A stretch of DNA of 64,000 nt from contig OX638346.1 in NCBI GenBank assembly GCA_951813515.1, positions 735,617-799,616 of the forward strand, given 5' to 3'. The first letter of the stretch is position 1, and every line of letters begins with the position of its first letter. Below the pieces are notes generated by a model. It was not told the DNA's origin. It saw nothing but the letters and a program-made list of their open reading frames with translations, and did no database searches. The stretch is from an uncultured Pseudomonadales bacterium (GTDB lineage Bacteria > Pseudomonadota > Gammaproteobacteria > Pseudomonadales > Azotimanducaceae). Position numbers and translations under genes: made by a program. This document shows, piece by piece, positions 63,812-64,000 of the stretch.

Positions 63812-64000
63812 ATGTCAACGATCAGACTCAATGACGAACAGATGCGTCGATTCATCTGTGATGGTGTGTTGTTGCTCGATAGCGTCCCGGATGCCGGCCT
63901 GCATCAGACTATTCTCGATAAAGTCCAATACGTGAACACGCATGACAGCGACGTTCGCAACAATATTCTGCCTCGGGTATCGGAACTTCAGCAGATTATT
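63812..64000 (+). CDS. phytanoyl-CoA dioxygenase (PhyH) family protein, N-terminal part (runs off window end)
   Basis: Hand translation from the ATG at 63812 gives MSTIRLNDEQMRRFICDGVLLLDSVPDAGLHQTILDKVQYVNTHDSDVRNNILPRVSELQQI, a typical PhyH N-terminus (L-x-DEQ-x-x-F-x-x-DG-x-L). There is no stop within the window. Confidence 0.5.
   Translation, partial: MSTIRLNDEQMRRFICDGVLLLDSVPDAGLHQTILDKVQYVNTHDSDVRNNILPRVSELQQII

Noticed and set aside
1-64000. CRISPR arrays, rRNA genes, intact IS elements, integrases or prophage blocks
   Set aside because: I saw no regularly spaced direct repeats, no rRNA-like conserved stretches, and no integrase, recombinase or full transposase ORF among the translated ORFs. 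This was inspection by eye only, so short or degenerate elements could be missed.

Overview
GC-rich (by eye, not computed) 64-kb chromosomal segment from a Gram-negative bacterium, inferred from a TonB-dependent receptor, an Omp85-family protein, CreD and lipobox proteins. I support about 58 protein-coding genes. Most are metabolic: four intact luciferase-like (LLM) oxidoreductases plus one fragment, two cytochrome P450s, a TPP enzyme, a crotonase, a CoA-transferase, an SDR, two VOC proteins and a cyclase-family protein. Housekeeping or stress genes include Lon, RecQ, ArsC, Bcp, CreD and a K+ channel. I saw no rRNA, no CRISPR array and no intact mobile element. Traces of mobile DNA are present: an IS1380-family transposase fragment, a DUF222/HNH gene behind an AT-rich boundary, a decapitated PIN toxin with a surviving antitoxin, and a zeta-toxin-like pair. 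Main second-look items: (1) an AhpE-like peroxiredoxin with an in-frame TGA exactly at the peroxidatic Cys position and a SECIS-like hairpin, so a probable selenoprotein. (2) A complete set of YjfI/J/K/L/M-like envelope-stress genes split into two operons. The polyamine enzyme expected from the E. coli cluster (YjfC) is replaced by SAM decarboxylase plus a membrane-fused spermidine-synthase-like protein, and the same AT-rich 17-mer sits in front of both operons. (3) A Lon gene followed by an unrecognisable 1334-aa multi-TM protein. (4) A geometrically perfect but atypical tRNA-like gene (anticodon AGG, C8, G1.A72). (5) A G9 homopolymer that splits a Uma2 endonuclease gene. (6) A run of eukaryote-like genes (ankyrin, plant-type asparaginase, ERG4/ERG24 sterol reductase, PSMA-like peptidase). 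All calls come from hand translation and remembered family motifs. No database search or folding program was run.
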